DNA of 62,491 nt, the filler included. It is 14 parts of 14 records of this genome, joined end to end, with 100 filler letters (N's around TTAATTAATTAA, not from the genome) between each part and the next. Parts side by side here need not be neighbours in the genome. Positions count along the whole stretch, not along the records: positions 35,120 to 39,215 come from SRR15195285_10177; positions 39,316 to 42,842 come from SRR15195285_10199; positions 42,943 to 46,455 come from SRR15195285_10208; positions 46,556 to 50,345 come from SRR15195285_10214; 10 more parts are not named here. One strand, 5' to 3'. Positions 35,020 to 47,204 of the stretch are shown piece after piece. The notes under the pieces are model-generated. The model worked only from the letters and a program-made list of their open reading frames with translations, was not told the DNA's origin and did not search any database. How positions within the stretch are numbered: position 1 is the first letter of the stretch; each line of letters begins with the position of its first letter. The translations under genes and the position numbers were made by a program.

Positions 35020-35877
35020 NNNNNNNNNNNNNNNNNNNNNNNNNNNNNNNNNNNNNNNNNNNNTTAATTAATTAANNNNNNNNNNNNNNNNNNNNNNNNN
35101 NNNNNNNNNNNNNNNNNNNAATTTTGCGCAGTCTGTACTGGAAAATAGTAGATCTACTATGATACATGTACCGGTAATCTACTAGTACTACTACATGTAC
35201 ATGTATAATAGGAAGTTCCTACCGGGTATTCTGTATTCAGCTGATCACGACGAAGAGTGATCGCTGGCTGGTGTGGCTGCTGCTGCTGCTGCGCACAGAA
35301 GGCGGCCTGGGCCTCGCGGTCGATCTGGATACCGCAGCCCTGTATTGTAGTATGCACTGTGCTGTTTGAGGCTGCTGGCTGGTGGTGCCTGGAGAGCAGT
35401 GAGCAGTGAGCAGTGGGGTGCTCTGGGAGGGTGGTGCGGGAAACCGAACGGATCCCGAATAGCCGGCGCGGCAGTGAGGAAACGGACATCCTGATCAACT
35501 GCTGCTGCTGCTGCTGCTGCTGGCCATAGCTCACGCTGCTGCTCAGCGGTAGATCGACTGTGGTGGTGCGTGGTGTGGTGCGGTGTGGGCACGGCTGATT
35601 GGTGGTTGCGGGTGGACGGCGTGCTGGCTGGGAACGCCAGGACAGCGCAGGCATCATCGGGTACGGTATCGTTGGAAACGGACAGCTCCGTTGGGAGAGC
35701 GCGCGCTGGGCGGTGGGTGGGGCGGCTGGGTGGTGGCGGCGGCGGCATCGGCTTGGCTGAGCTTGGCCAAGATGCCGCGGCCGTGAGTGCGGCCTGGTGG
35801 TGGTGCCCGCGCTAGCGGAGGACTGTGGCTCTCGTCGTGTTGCACTGGCCTCACGGTATCCCTAGCGGCGCGCAGCC

Positions 35878-37595
35878 ATGCCGGCACGCGCGGGTGGCAG
35901 CGACCACTCGGTGCAGCGGGCGCTGAGCCGCATGCTGGAGCTGGGCTACGGCCTGCACGAGTCGGAGTTTGCGTTGCTGCGTGCCGGCGGCGATATCAAC
36001 GAGGCCATCGAGGAGCTGCAGTCCTCGACCCAGCGCCCGCCGCGCTCCCAGACGCAGCCCACCCGAACGGTGGAGTCCGGCGCGTGGACGCTGCAGCGCA
36101 CGGGGCCGAGGCCGCGCGTTGTTTCCGTACGACAGAAGCACGGCCCACGGACGGTGCCAGGAATGCGCGCTAAGATGGTGGTCAGGAGCGCCGCGCACAA
36201 GGCGGCGCACGAGGTACAGTTTGTGGCCGGCATGCGAGCCGATGCCACCGCCCACAGGCATATCAAGGGCAAGAGTGACATGGACACGGACCACGCGTCG
36301 CGCGCGGAGAAAGCGGCGCGGCACCGGCGGCGCGAGGCGGCGCGCCAGGCTGCCGAAGAGGCGCGCTGTCGACGGCACGCCGCCATGTCAGTCCGGGGTC
36401 CGTCTGTGCAGGAGCTCAATGCGCGAGCGAAGAAGCGCGACGAGGCGCTGTTCTCGATGCGCCCTGGCACGAAAAGCGTCACAGACTCCCTTCACGCGTC
36501 AAAGGGAAGCTTCACAGGCACGCAGCTCACAAAGATGGACCACGCGCTCGGGCTGTTCTCATCCTACCTGCCACCCGACCATCCCGTGCTTGCGCAAATG
36601 GGTCAGACGCTGCAGGGTGACGAGATGCCCATCTTAGAGGATAAGGATCTCGACGATGAGAACTCCTGTGAAAACCCGTGGATTACAGACACGAACCGCG
36701 GCAAGGAGAATGATGGCACGAGCAAGAAAGGAATGTTCGATCACAGTGGAGACACATCCGAGGAGGAGGAGGAAGCACGAGAGCTGGAGGCCGCGAAGCA
36801 CGGCCAGATTACTGACACGAGCGACAGTGGGAAGGCAGCGCGAGAGATTGCCGAGCTCGATCCGACACGCTACTACCGACAGACCTCTTCCCCCATCGCA
36901 GCTGCTCTGGAGGCTCGGGCCCGGGATGACTACAACGCTGACAACAACGGTCAGCAGCAGCGGCAGCGCCTCCGCCGGCCGGCCACAGCTCCCGCCGGCC
37001 GCCGCGTGTCCGAGCGCCGCCCGACCCAAGGGGCGCAGACGTTCTTCGGGCGGGGAGGCGTGAACCCGAGCCCAAGTCAACTGCTGCTTGGTTCGATGGG
37101 CACTGTGACGATGCAAAGTAGCCCGCGTCGTCGACCGGCGACTGCGGGTTACACGCGTGGCGGCGGCGGGGGCGTACATCCCGCCGATCTTGGCAAGGGT
37201 TTCGGATGCAGCACCGCCCGGCAAGGTTTGCACGACCCTACACGAAATGTACTCGACCACTACCGCTCTGCGGGGCCCGGGCCGGGTGGGTATGACGTCG
37301 AGGCAGGACTCACCCCTGGCGTTGGCGGCAACAATTGGGTGAAGGACGAGCACCTCAGCAATAGTCGCTCGGGTGCGCGTTGCTTACTGATGCGAGCCAG
37401 GATGCTCATCGATCACCTGCACTGCCGCTCGCTCATGTATGCAAGTGCCTAACGTGCTGTTCTGATACTGTGATTGCAGGTGAGGTTGGTGCACGGCACG
37501 GATGGGCAGCGAGTCATACACCTCGGTACCACCACGCTGAGCATGCCTTTACGGCACCTGGGCTCTATCCTACTCCAGACGTACAGTATCAGTGA
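35878..37595 (+). CDS. Probable ciliary protein with an N-terminal UBA-like domain and a PGPGxY (SHIPPO/STPG-like) motif
   Basis: ALSRMLELGY..SEFALLRAGGDINEAIEEL (UBA-like); two RPATA motifs; GPGPGGYDV; intron about 37373-37479. Confidence 0.55.
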
Positions 37596-37732
37596 AAACA
37601 TTAAGTGTGGAGAAGCTTATCTACGTACTCTCGAGAGCCTCGCCTCCACGTCTGTTTCCGACACAGCTGTAGAAAAGTGCTGCATCTATGCAGCTAAGCA
37701 GCTAAGTAGCTAGCCATATGAACGGCTAGCAT

Positions 37733-39215
37733 CTACAACTGACCAAGCTTCATTCCGACAACTTGAATCAGCTCATCAAATTCTCGAAAAAAATGGGAGC
37801 GGTTGCCAAATTCGTAATAACTGCCAGAGCTCCCCGACGCTGGCGGAGGAAGGGCAGTGACGGAGTCAACATCGTCGTCGTTGTCGACCCCTGGGCGGTG
37901 TGCATGCAGCTGAAGCGATTTGGCAACGTGCCGCGCCTCCTCCGGTGGGATGAAGGGATCGTCCGTGGAATGAAACTGGATTATCCAGTCGGAGTTGGCT
38001 CTGATCTTGCTCCACTGCATGCGCAACACAGGCAGTACGCATAGCCTGGTGACTGCACTGGCACTCGGCTGCTCTGGTGCACAGATCGCCCGATTGGTAC
38101 CAGTTTTGGTCGACTCACCTGCCACGGCCTGGAGTAGTACCCCGCAGCTCTCTCGCCGGCGTCGCCGAGGTCAGTGTGGCACGCCGAAACCAGCACTGCC
38201 CCCCGCAGCCGCGTGCTCTCGAGCAACCTCATGCAGGCCACTGCACCGCTGCTGTGGCCGATGACGATCGTGTCTGCGTCGCAAGCGCACTGCCGCTGCA
38301 GGAACGGCACCCATATTTTCTCTCGCGCGCGATCTGCGCCCACAACAACAAAGGGTGCAGTTGCCGCAGTAACGATTGTGGAACCAGACGATCAGGAGTC
38401 CTCATGCAGATGGGACGCCTCCTTACAGGCATCGGGAAAGGTCCGGCAGACAACCCTATGGGGGCGCAATCATGACGAACGCGTGCCACAATCAGTCCCT
38501 GACAATCAGTCCCCGACGAACACCCCACAATCAGTCTAGTGAAATCGAGCTCGAAAAGGTTGCTCACTCGCTGAACCACCCCGTCGCCCGAAACTCATCA
38601 GCTGCCCATCGGTACCCTGCAGCAATGCACGCGCCGGTGAGTCGCAGCGGCGGTGAAAGCATCGGCTCGGAAGCGGCGCGCCCGAACGGTTCTGGTGCAG
38701 CCTACTAGACTGCGGGTGGTGGCGAAATGGACGCGAGGGAGGACAGAGCAGCGTGGTGCGGAGCCCACAGTTCGCCTTGTCAATGTTCGCGCAGCCATTG
38801 CCGGGCGCGATCACCAGCCTCGGCAGCGGCCGCCTGGCCAGACCCGGCTCCGGTTCCGGCTCCGGCTCGGACTCTGGCTCCGGCGGCCCTCCTGCACCCC
38901 TCACCGCAGCCTCCTGTGTGGCCACAGGACGACCCACGCGGCCTGCACGGTGGCTGCCCTCCAGTTGATCCGTTGCTCGCTCTCTGCGGCGTCAGGGTGA
39001 CTGGCGATTTAGACGTTCTATACAGACACAGAGCTCTGACAAAGTCCACTTACAGATCAATTGACAGGGTGGTGTGCACCGCCTGCGTATGTGAGCGCAG
39101 CGCCTGGCGGGTGGGGAATGGCTCAACCGACTCCAGGCAATCCTCGTGCTCGCACCAGTGACACTCACCCCGCTGCTGGTGCTGGTGCTGGTGGTGGTGC
39201 TGGTGGTGGTGGTGG
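37733..39215 (-). CDS. RBBP9: RBBP9/YdeN-family serine hydrolase (multi-exon, 5' truncated)
   Basis: Spliced motifs LVIAPGNGC..AN/WYRW, FPDA/YRAREKIW, IGHSSGAVA, VLVSAC.TDLGD..ERAAGYYSRPW, QFHSTDDPFIP and RSHF. Confidence 0.9.
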
Positions 39216-39349
39216 NNNNNNNNNNNNNNNNNNNNNNNNNNNNNNNNNNNNNNNNNNNNTTAATTAATTAANNNNNNNNNNNNNNNNNNNNNNNNNNNNN
39301 NNNNNNNNNNNNNNNCCCGGGCGCTGCCGCGCACCATCGGCTGTACCCA

Positions 39350-40420
39350 ATGGAGTCCACCCAGACCGTCGTGGCACGTGCTAATCCGGCCACCACACGG
39401 TGTTGCTGCACTACCACCAGCAGGCGCTCGGGGATGATGGTCGCGTCGATCGCTCGCCACCTGCAGCCCTCGGCCGTGGCCGCCGCCGCCACCGCCGTGG
39501 CGGATCTGCCCGTGCCGCTCACGGAGGTCCCGGCGGGGGTGGAGATGACGCCGGACGTGACGTTCCTGCTCGACAGCAACCGCGCGGAGCTCGCCGATCT
39601 CTACCAGCCATCGGCGGAGTACGACGGTCCGCCGCGTGCTGCTATCGTGTTCATCCACGGCGGCGGGTGGGTCGGCGGTGACAAGGACCAGGCCCGCAGC
39701 ACGAACGTGTGCTCCCACCTCGCGCTGCACGGCTACACCTGCCTCAGCATCAACTACCTGCTCGCGAGCGATAGCGACTACAGCCGGCCGGCGTGGCCGC
39801 AGAACTACCACGACTGCCAGCGCGCGGTGCAGTGGCTGCGGGAGCACGCCGCCAAGCTGAACATCGACCCCAACCAGATAGGCGTCTGCGGCGGCAGCGC
39901 CGGCGGCCACTTAGCGCACCTGGTAGCCCTGGCGCCACCCGCGCTGGCGGCAGGCAACCCAGCGGCTGTCGGCCTCTCGCCGACAACCCCGGTCGACGGT
40001 GTATGCTGCTGCGTCAACCTCTACGGGCCGACCTCGTTCATGACGGGCATTGGCGACGCGGACAAGCCTCCATCCTCACAGACGATGTTCGAAGGTCCCT
40101 TCGCGGAGCACCGCGACGTCTACCGCCAGGCGTCGCCCGAAACGCATATCCACCCAGACAATCCACCGGTATTCCTCGTTCACGGCACTGCCGACGATAC
40201 CGTCGACATTCGCCAGCTGGAGCGGTATTACGCGAAGGCGCGAGAGTGGGGCGCGCCAGTGCAGTTCCGTGCGGTCGAGGGTGCACCACATGCGTTCCAC
40301 CTGGAGCCACTCGACGGACTCGGAGACTCCGACTTAAAGCCTGAGGTTTTCGCCTTCTTTGATGAACACCTGGGGGCGACAGCAGGGATGGCAGCGCCGG
40401 ACGAGGTCGCCGGAGCCTAG
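39350..40420 (+). CDS. Alpha/beta hydrolase (HSL/BD-FAE-like esterase), intronless
   Basis: FIHGGGWVGGDK, GGSAGGHL nucleophile elbow, HGTADDTV and GAPHAF. Confidence 0.9.
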   Translation: MESTQTVVARANPATTRCCCTTTSRRSGMMVASIARHLQPSAVAAAATAVADLPVPLTEVPAGVEMTPDVTFLLDSNRAELADLYQPSAEYDGPPRAAIVFIHGGGWVGGDKDQARSTNVCSHLALHGYTCLSINYLLASDSDYSRPAWPQNYHDCQRAVQWLREHAAKLNIDPNQIGVCGGSAGGHLAHLVALAPPALAAGNPAAVGLSPTTPVDGVCCCVNLYGPTSFMTGIGDADKPPSSQTMFEGPFAEHRDVYRQASPETHIHPDNPPVFLVHGTADDTVDIRQLERYYAKAREWGAPVQFRAVEGAPHAFHLEPLDGLGDSDLKPEVFAFFDEHLGATAGMAAPDEVAGA

Positions 40421-40711
40421 CTTCTCGATCCTCTCACCGGCGTTCCGTGCACTACGCGCTGCGAGTGCTGACCTAGCGCGCTGAGTATGCGTAATTCGTA
40501 TCGTATATCTCAATTCGGTTCATGGGTTGGGCTAGCGCAATGTCGACGAGAGGAGCGTGACGTTTTGCGACCTGTGATATCAGCGGCGAGTAGTGAGACA
40601 GAATCCGATGGCGCTTGGTGCTGATGCTGGGCATACAGTACGATAATACGATCTAACAATGACATTCACATATCGACCTGTCCCCTCACGGGTTGCGCAA
40701 TACCGGCACGC

Positions 40712-42279
40712 CTATTGGTCGGTGGCGGCGCAGAATGTTGAGATCTCTTCGTGCTTGCAGCCTGCGAGCGCTAGCTGAATGTCGTGGCTTCCTGCACAGA
40801 ACTCGCACGACGTCTGGTCCTGCGTGTCGCCACAGAGTCGGTCCAGCGCGGCCACACAGCGCGGTGGCTCGCCACAGATCGTCTCGCAGGCCGCCTTCTC
40901 CACCCCCGGGAGGTGGCGGCCCGACTTCACGCAACGGTCGTGCTCGCATCGGTACTGGTCCATACCGTCCGCCAAGCCTGCCCAGGCGCCTGAGTAGCTG
41001 CACTCGTCACTCAAGATCTGACCGGGCTCACTATCAGTGCCGGGCGTCATCTTCAACGAGAAAGTATTTTTGCAGCCGTATGTGTAGGTGTACACGAGCT
41101 CAAGGCCGCCATGGGGCTGCGCTGTACCGGTCACGCCGCACTCACCCTGCGAGCAAGGCCCAACCGAGCCAATCTCGATGCAATCGGCTGGGTTGTCGGC
41201 CTTGTACTTGACCACGGCTGGGTGCTCCGCATATTGCTGGCAGCCCGAGGGCAGCTCATCTTTCGGGATCTCGCCACACACGGAGAGCATATACGCGTAG
41301 CCCTCGGCATCGGCAGGGGCGTGGTGCGTCTTGCCCCGGAGGCTCGACAGCGACACGCCGTCGCACTCGCACGTCGAGAGATCGCATCTTGAACCCGGTG
41401 TTGGACCACAGCCGTACGGATCCCCGGGCACTGGCTCAAAAAGACATCGGTGCAGCAGTTGCCACTCTCATCGTCGCACTGACCTGGACTGATGTAGTCG
41501 CAGCTGTAGCAGTGGTTTGAGCTATCGCAGTAACTGCCGAGCTCGCAGTCGTCATCGTCGTCACACGTCTGGGACGGCGGCGGCGACGGTGGTGGCGACG
41601 GGCCTCCACAGCCGTACGGGTCACCCGAGCACTGGGTCAAAAAGACATCGCTGCAGCACGAGCCGCTCTCATCGTCACATCGATCTGGATTGATATAGTC
41701 GCAGCTGTAGCAGTGGTTTGAGCTGTCGCAGTACTTGCCGAGCTCGCAGTCCCCATCGTCGTCACATGTCGGCCGGGACGGTGGTGGCGACGGTGGTGGC
41801 GACGGTGGTGGCGGCGGCGTGTCTCCCACGCACCAGACCTCCGTCTTGCGAAAGTAGCATGTGCCGGTTGCGCCGTCCGCGCTGCACTGTACGGACGCGC
41901 CGCAACCGTTGCAGCCGTTGCCCGGCTCTCCGGCTGCTCCGCACGTGGTGTCCCCGACCGAGCAGTCGCTGCCACAGTCGTTCGACCGGCAGACGTCCGC
42001 GCAGCTCGGCGTGCCGAAACCCACGAGGTACGGCTGGGTGCTCGCATCGACGTTCTGCACTTCGCCCGTCTGGTGAAGGTGGGTCTGCACGCAGCTCCCT
42101 TCGTCTTGCGGATCGACGCTGTGGACCAAGACTCGGTCGCCCACCTGCGGCTCCTGCGCGCACGGCGCCCATCGCGTGCCGGACGACACCAGCACCTGGC
42201 CTGGAGGATCCTGATTGGTTGGACGGGCGGTGGTGGACGACGCGTACGCGGCGATGAAGAGGACGGCGGGGCGAAGCAT
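40712..42279 (-). CDS. Secreted Cys-rich protein with two Cys repeats, Pro linkers and an MRH (mannose-6-phosphate receptor homology)-like domain; 1-nt frameshift near 41425
   Basis: Signal peptide MLRPAVLFIAAYASSTTA. Repeat 1 ends FLTQCSGDPYGC, whereas repeat 2 reads FLSQCPG/DPYGC only after a -1 shift. MRH-like SLSSL..YAYMLSVCG..CIEIG..LELVY..C..ECSY..W. Confidence 0.7.
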
Positions 42280-42942
42280 CGCGTTCCGGAAGTAGTGGAA
42301 GAGACGGCTGTGTGGCGGTTGCGCTGCGGGCTGGGGTACTTGTCGAGCGCGGCTTGGCACTGGTTGCGACTCCAGTGGCCATTGCAGGTCCGGCGCTGAG
42401 GTCGTCGTCTTCCTGGCGCGCCGCGCGCGGGCCTGGTGCAGCAATTGCATGTCGATGTCTGCATGATATGCCTTGCTGTGGTCATCGTCTTTTTCTGTGA
42501 TCGAAGCCTGCAGCTGCCCCTTCGCACAGGGGCAAGACGAAATTACGGAGCTCTACTGTGCCGCCGATGAATCAAAGGGCGTGTCTTGCTGGAGCCGCCC
42601 GCCCGGCCGCCAGGAGCTCCCGCTGCGCACGGCCAGACCTGCCGGGCTAGACCTGCGCGCCACCAGCTCCATGTCGTTTGACTGGGGCGCTGCAGAGGCC
42701 GCGGTGACGGCCTGGGAGCAAGGCGACGAGCTGCCTGCCAAAGCCTGCGGCCACTGTGGACGAGAGCGAGGGCGCAGGGATTGCCGCAGTGGCACCCCAA
42801 TGACGGCAGGGCCGCGGCCCAACGCCCTTAGACTTCAGTTTCNNNNNNNNNNNNNNNNNNNNNNNNNNNNNNNNNNNNNNNNNNNNTTAATTAATTAANN
42901 NNNNNNNNNNNNNNNNNNNNNNNNNNNNNNNNNNNNNNNNNN

Positions 42943-45613
42943 TTTGACGAGTCGCGGCCACGCGGCGATCCTGACGCGAGTGTGCAAAGCCCTGGGTAGC
43001 GGTGGTGGCGAGGATGATCCAACTCTTTGGATCAGTGATCTGAAGGAAATGGAAGCGGATGGAGATCTAGAAGCTTTTCTCCAGGGGTGTCACGACTCAA
43101 TGGACGGCGATACCAATGGTGGGGGCCCCAGCGAAGCGAAGTCTGCAGACGGACCTGAGCGCAGCGCTGATGAAGGTGCCACTCAGCTGATCATTCTGGA
43201 GAGGCCTCCTTCTCCTCGCAGCGGAGGCCCTGGGTTTGGTATCAACCTTGCGCCTGACTGTGTCGTCACATCATTCAGTCACGAGGAGAGCTGCGCCAAA
43301 ATTGCGGGAGTGGAGGTGGGCAGCCACATTCTAGAGATAAACGGGGCTCCGGTCTCAACTAAAGACGACGCAGTGTCATGTTTGCGCGACACGGAGCCAG
43401 GGAGCTCTGTGTCGTTTCTCTTGGCGGGCAGTTCTGGTCGACGCTGGGATCCCACAGCAGGCAAATGGATAGGCGATGCCGGAGAGGATGGTGACGAAGA
43501 CCTGGATGGAGATGAGGACGACCAGGATCAGGACGAGGGTGGGGAAGAGGACAGTGCAGATGAAGATGACGAGCCGCTTGACTTTACGGGTGGACCGATC
43601 AAGTTTGCAGTTCTGGCAACATGCACTGTGCGCGACGGCCCAGATTCCACGACACCCAAAGTCGGGGAGCACAAACAGGGGGACACCATCGAGATTGTTC
43701 AGGAAGCCAGGAATAGCGATGGTTTAAAGGTGTACCAGACAATCACGGCCCCGAAGGGTGCCACCCGTGGGGGCTGGGTCAAACTAAAGACGTCCAAGGG
43801 GAAGGAGCTTTTGTCGGTTGTTTTGCAGTTTACCAACACGGGTGAGGTTGAGAAGGCACAGGACCCAAAAGAACCGCCACGAGATCTACTACCGTTGCAG
43901 AAGTTTTTCGGAAAAATCGACAAGGTGAAAGTCAAGATCACTGTTGATGGAGCCGGCATCTTCGTTGCAGAAGATACTAAGGAAGCGAAGAAGGTGCTCT
44001 CGTACTCAACTCGGCGCATCGTTAGCTGGTCTGTCGAGAAGAAAAACTCGTTGGTGCTTGTCGCGAACGTTGCAGACGGCGCCATAGATGAAGTCACCTT
44101 CCTTCTCAAGAACCCTGAAGGTCTGGAGGCTGCACTGGCAGAAGCGGCGATGGCTTCGTGCGTGTGGAAGGTTGATTCGGAAGCTTGGCAAGACGATGGC
44201 CTCACACCGGAGGAGAAAATAGAGAAGGAAAATGCTATCTCTGCGGTTGCTCAACAGAAAAAGAGTGATGACGACAAGGAGGCTGAATTACGACGTGAGA
44301 TCGGTGACTTGCGTCTCAAAGACCTACGAAAAAAAGCCAAAGAAATGGGCGTTTCAAAGGACACGCTTCAAACCGCAACCGATGCTGATCAGCCAGAGGA
44401 GGCCATGATCGAAGTTATCGTTGCGCACGTGCTCAAGTCAAAACAAGCCGAGCAGCCAGAAGAAGCCGAGCAGCCAGAAGAGGCCGAGGCCGTATCGGTT
44501 GCTGAACCGGCAGCAGCAGGAGCCGTTTCGGAAGGTGAACCTCCACAGCGACCAGATGACGAGATCGATCCGATTAGCCACGCCGAAATGAAGAAAAAGG
44601 CTGCTCAGGCCGAAGCTCTGTTGCAAGAAGCTGCTAGATTGATCGACTGGCAAGCAGGGATGGTGATTGATGTCGACACCGAGGACGGTGTTGAGCAAGG
44701 TGCGACTATACTGGGGCCATCGAGCCAAGGAAATCCAAAAGAGATGCAGGTTCGCTTCGCGGACGGAACAGTTGATGACTGGGACAAAGAAGACTTTGTG
44801 TTCCGGGGGGATGATGAAGAGGACGACCCTAATGCTGACACTCCCAGAGGGAATGCTGCGGCAATTGCCTTACAGCAAGAGGTCGTCAAGCACGGCACAC
44901 GCGACGTGGCGAAGATTAGAAAGCTCCGTCGAGCATCATTGGAGCCCGCTGATGCCAGCGCTGCAATGACTGCAGCTGCGGCAGCTGCCGACGACCAACG
45001 GGTCGACTCGCTGGAGCGGGACATAAAACAGCTCTCGGACTCGCTTGCTCAGGAGAAGCACGCACACGCCGACACAAAACAGGAGCTGAAGGAGCTTCGG
45101 GAGAAGCTGGCTGTCGCGGACGCTCGGTCTGAAGAATTGCAAGTTTCAACTGACAGATCTCGGACACAGCTGGAAGAGGAAGTTGCGGCGCACGAGGCGA
45201 CCAAACTAGAGTCTAGCGAAAAAGGAGCAGCCTTGGATAAGATGTCAGTGCAGGTTACTATGCTGGAAGCTACGCACGCGCAAACTACCGCTCAGTCGAC
45301 TGCTGCTGTCGAAGCAGCTCTGGGCACGGCTGCCGCAGCCCAAGCCGAAGCAACTGCTGCCAGGAAGGCTCTCGAGGAGTGTCGGAAATTACAGCACGGG
45401 CAGCAGGAGGCGGCTACACTCCACGGGACGAAGTCTGATGCAGACAAGGATCTTGCAACGAAGGACGGCGAAATTGCGAGACTTCAGCAGAAAATCAACA
45501 GTCTCGAAGAGATAATGCTCACAGACCGCAGCTCGGCCACATTGACTTGGAACATGATGGATAAAATGCTGACAAGTGACGTGCTCTTGAACACTGATGA
45601 GAGCTGGACGTAA
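42943..45613 (+). CDS. Multidomain scaffold: PDZ, SH3b-like, PH/PTB-like, SAP/HeH-like and coiled coil (5' truncated)
   Basis: PDZ GFGINL..VTSF..AKIAGVEVGSHILEINGAPV; SH3b-like CTVRDGPDSTTPKVG..GWVKL; LRREIGDLRLKDLRKKAKEMGV; C-terminal heptads. Confidence 0.7.
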
Positions 45614-46029
45614 CTCTCGACCGAATCTGGACCGGTCTTGATCGTGGTGAATGCGATACAGGGCGTTCATATCACGTGACGGCTGCAGTGCCGATAGTCA
45701 TTTCAGGTGATTCCAGCTCTAATGGGTTACAAAGTGAGCAGTACTCTAGGTGGGTGGCATGCTGGCGGTGACTCTAGCAGCGCGCCTGGCTGCACGCTCA
45801 CAGGGACTCCATGTGAAACTGGTTTCAAATTGCTTCACTACAGCTTCTTCGTAACCATTTTCATACACCACCTCGCCATGGTAGACGGGTAGGTGTTTTC
45901 TAAAGTTCGTGGGTCATCACACTACTAAAGGTGTGAACTCGGTGCGGACATTCCAACTCTGCCCCATCTAGATACAACTTACGATGAAGTCGGGCATGCT
46001 GCAATGACGTCGGTGAGGGCATCGGCCAT

Positions 46030-46455
46030 TCACATGATTTGTGTGACTGCCACACCTTCCTCAGTCCATCCACGCTGTAGACCGACGTGTTGCTGTAGAA
46101 TCTCGTATTGCCCCCTCGAATCACCGAGCGCATTGCCGAGCTGCTGCGATAGCGCAGCGTACCGACGAGCTCGCTCCACATCGCTACAAGTAGATTTGAT
46201 TTCTCTACCGCTCCGTTCCTCTCCACCGATGCGGCCCAAGCGTTTGGTCTTTGCCACAGAATCTTGCGCAGGAGCATCTGCTCCTGCGTTATGGTCGAGA
46301 TGTGCCAGCCGCAAGCGATAGTACTCCTCTTTAGCTTGCAGCTCGTACGGATACGTCTGCGTCGATGCCGCTGGGCTTCCCACCGCTGCGCTCACCGCTT
46401 CAGAAAGCAAGTGGTCGAATGTGGTGGGAGGCTGCTGCTGCTGCTGCTGCTGCTG
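46030..46455 (-). CDS. 3' part of an unknown protein, starting in a CAG repeat at the gap
   Basis: Open frame from the contig end to the stop at 46030 with protein-like composition; no recognised motif. Confidence 0.35.
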   Translation of the reverse strand, partial: QQQQQQQQPPTTFDHLLSEAVSAAVGSPAASTQTYPYELQAKEEYYRLRLAHLDHNAGADAPAQDSVAKTKRLGRIGGEERSGREIKSTCSDVERARRYAALSQQLGNALGDSRGQYEILQQHVGLQRGWTEEGVAVTQIM

Positions 46456-46800
46456 NNNNNNNNNNNNNNNNNNNNNNNNNNNNNNNNNNNNNNNNNNNNT
46501 TAATTAATTAANNNNNNNNNNNNNNNNNNNNNNNNNNNNNNNNNNNNNNNNNNNNGCGTTGGCAGTTGTTGGGATTCCTGCGGGGGTGCCTTCTCGGGGT
46601 CACTTCTTGATCGAGATCATCGAAGACGTCACAGGCCCCCACGTGCAAACGAACCGCTGATAATCGAGAATCGGACCTGGTTGGCGAGTCGGAAAACCGA
46701 TGATCAAAATTTGGCCGTTCACCGGTAGCGGTGATATATATATATAAATGTAGAGGATATATGATACATCATATATGATATACGCTGTCCGGTGCACCGT

Positions 46801-47145
46801 CCGTGGGCGGCGCTGAGCCGTGGGCGGCACGTGGAATAACGGCCTGCTCCTCGATACACTGCAGTGCGCAGGGCGGTGTGGCGGCACTGGCAGAGGCTGG
46901 CTTGACGGCGACCCTCGGAGAGGGTGTGTAGTGGTGCCGCTGCTGGGCGACGGCGTGGAATAGCGGCCTGTTCTGTGCTCGTGTTCGTGTTGCGCCCGAT
47001 ACTGCAGGGCGGGGTGGCGGCATTGGCAGACCTCTGTTCCTCGATACTGCGCCACAGGGGGCAGTGCGACAGCGTTGGCAGAGGCTGGGTTGACGACTCG
47101 ACGGGGCTCGTGAGCAGCGCTGGGCTGCCCTGGCAGAGGGTGTGC
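46801..47145. repeat. Degenerate shuffled GC-rich repeat modules upstream of the DUF4239-like gene
   Basis: GTGGAATARCGGCCTG at 46831 and 46955; CAGGGCGGKGTGGCGGCAYTGGCAGA at 46869 and 47005; TGGCAGAGGCTGGSTTGACG at 46888 and 47076; CCTCGATAC at 46849 and 47039. Confidence 0.75.
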
Positions 47146-47204
47146 GGCGCGCTGTGCACGCGCTCGGACTGAGATTGGCGCTGTTCGGTGGGCTGGGAGA
47201 TAGC

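Noticed and set aside
36634-37353. Numerous long antisense or overlapping ORFs (for example 278-1069, 24572-25366, 36634-37353, 49630-50397)
   Set aside because: They are shadow ORFs of high-GC coding sequence with no recognisable motifs.
38488-38536. Three ACAATCAGTC repeats
   Set aside because: They lie inside an RBBP9 intron and look like a local duplication with no sign of function.
42670-42842. Possible gene start MSFDWGAAEAA..CGHC
   Set aside because: Too short and truncated by the gap to support a call.
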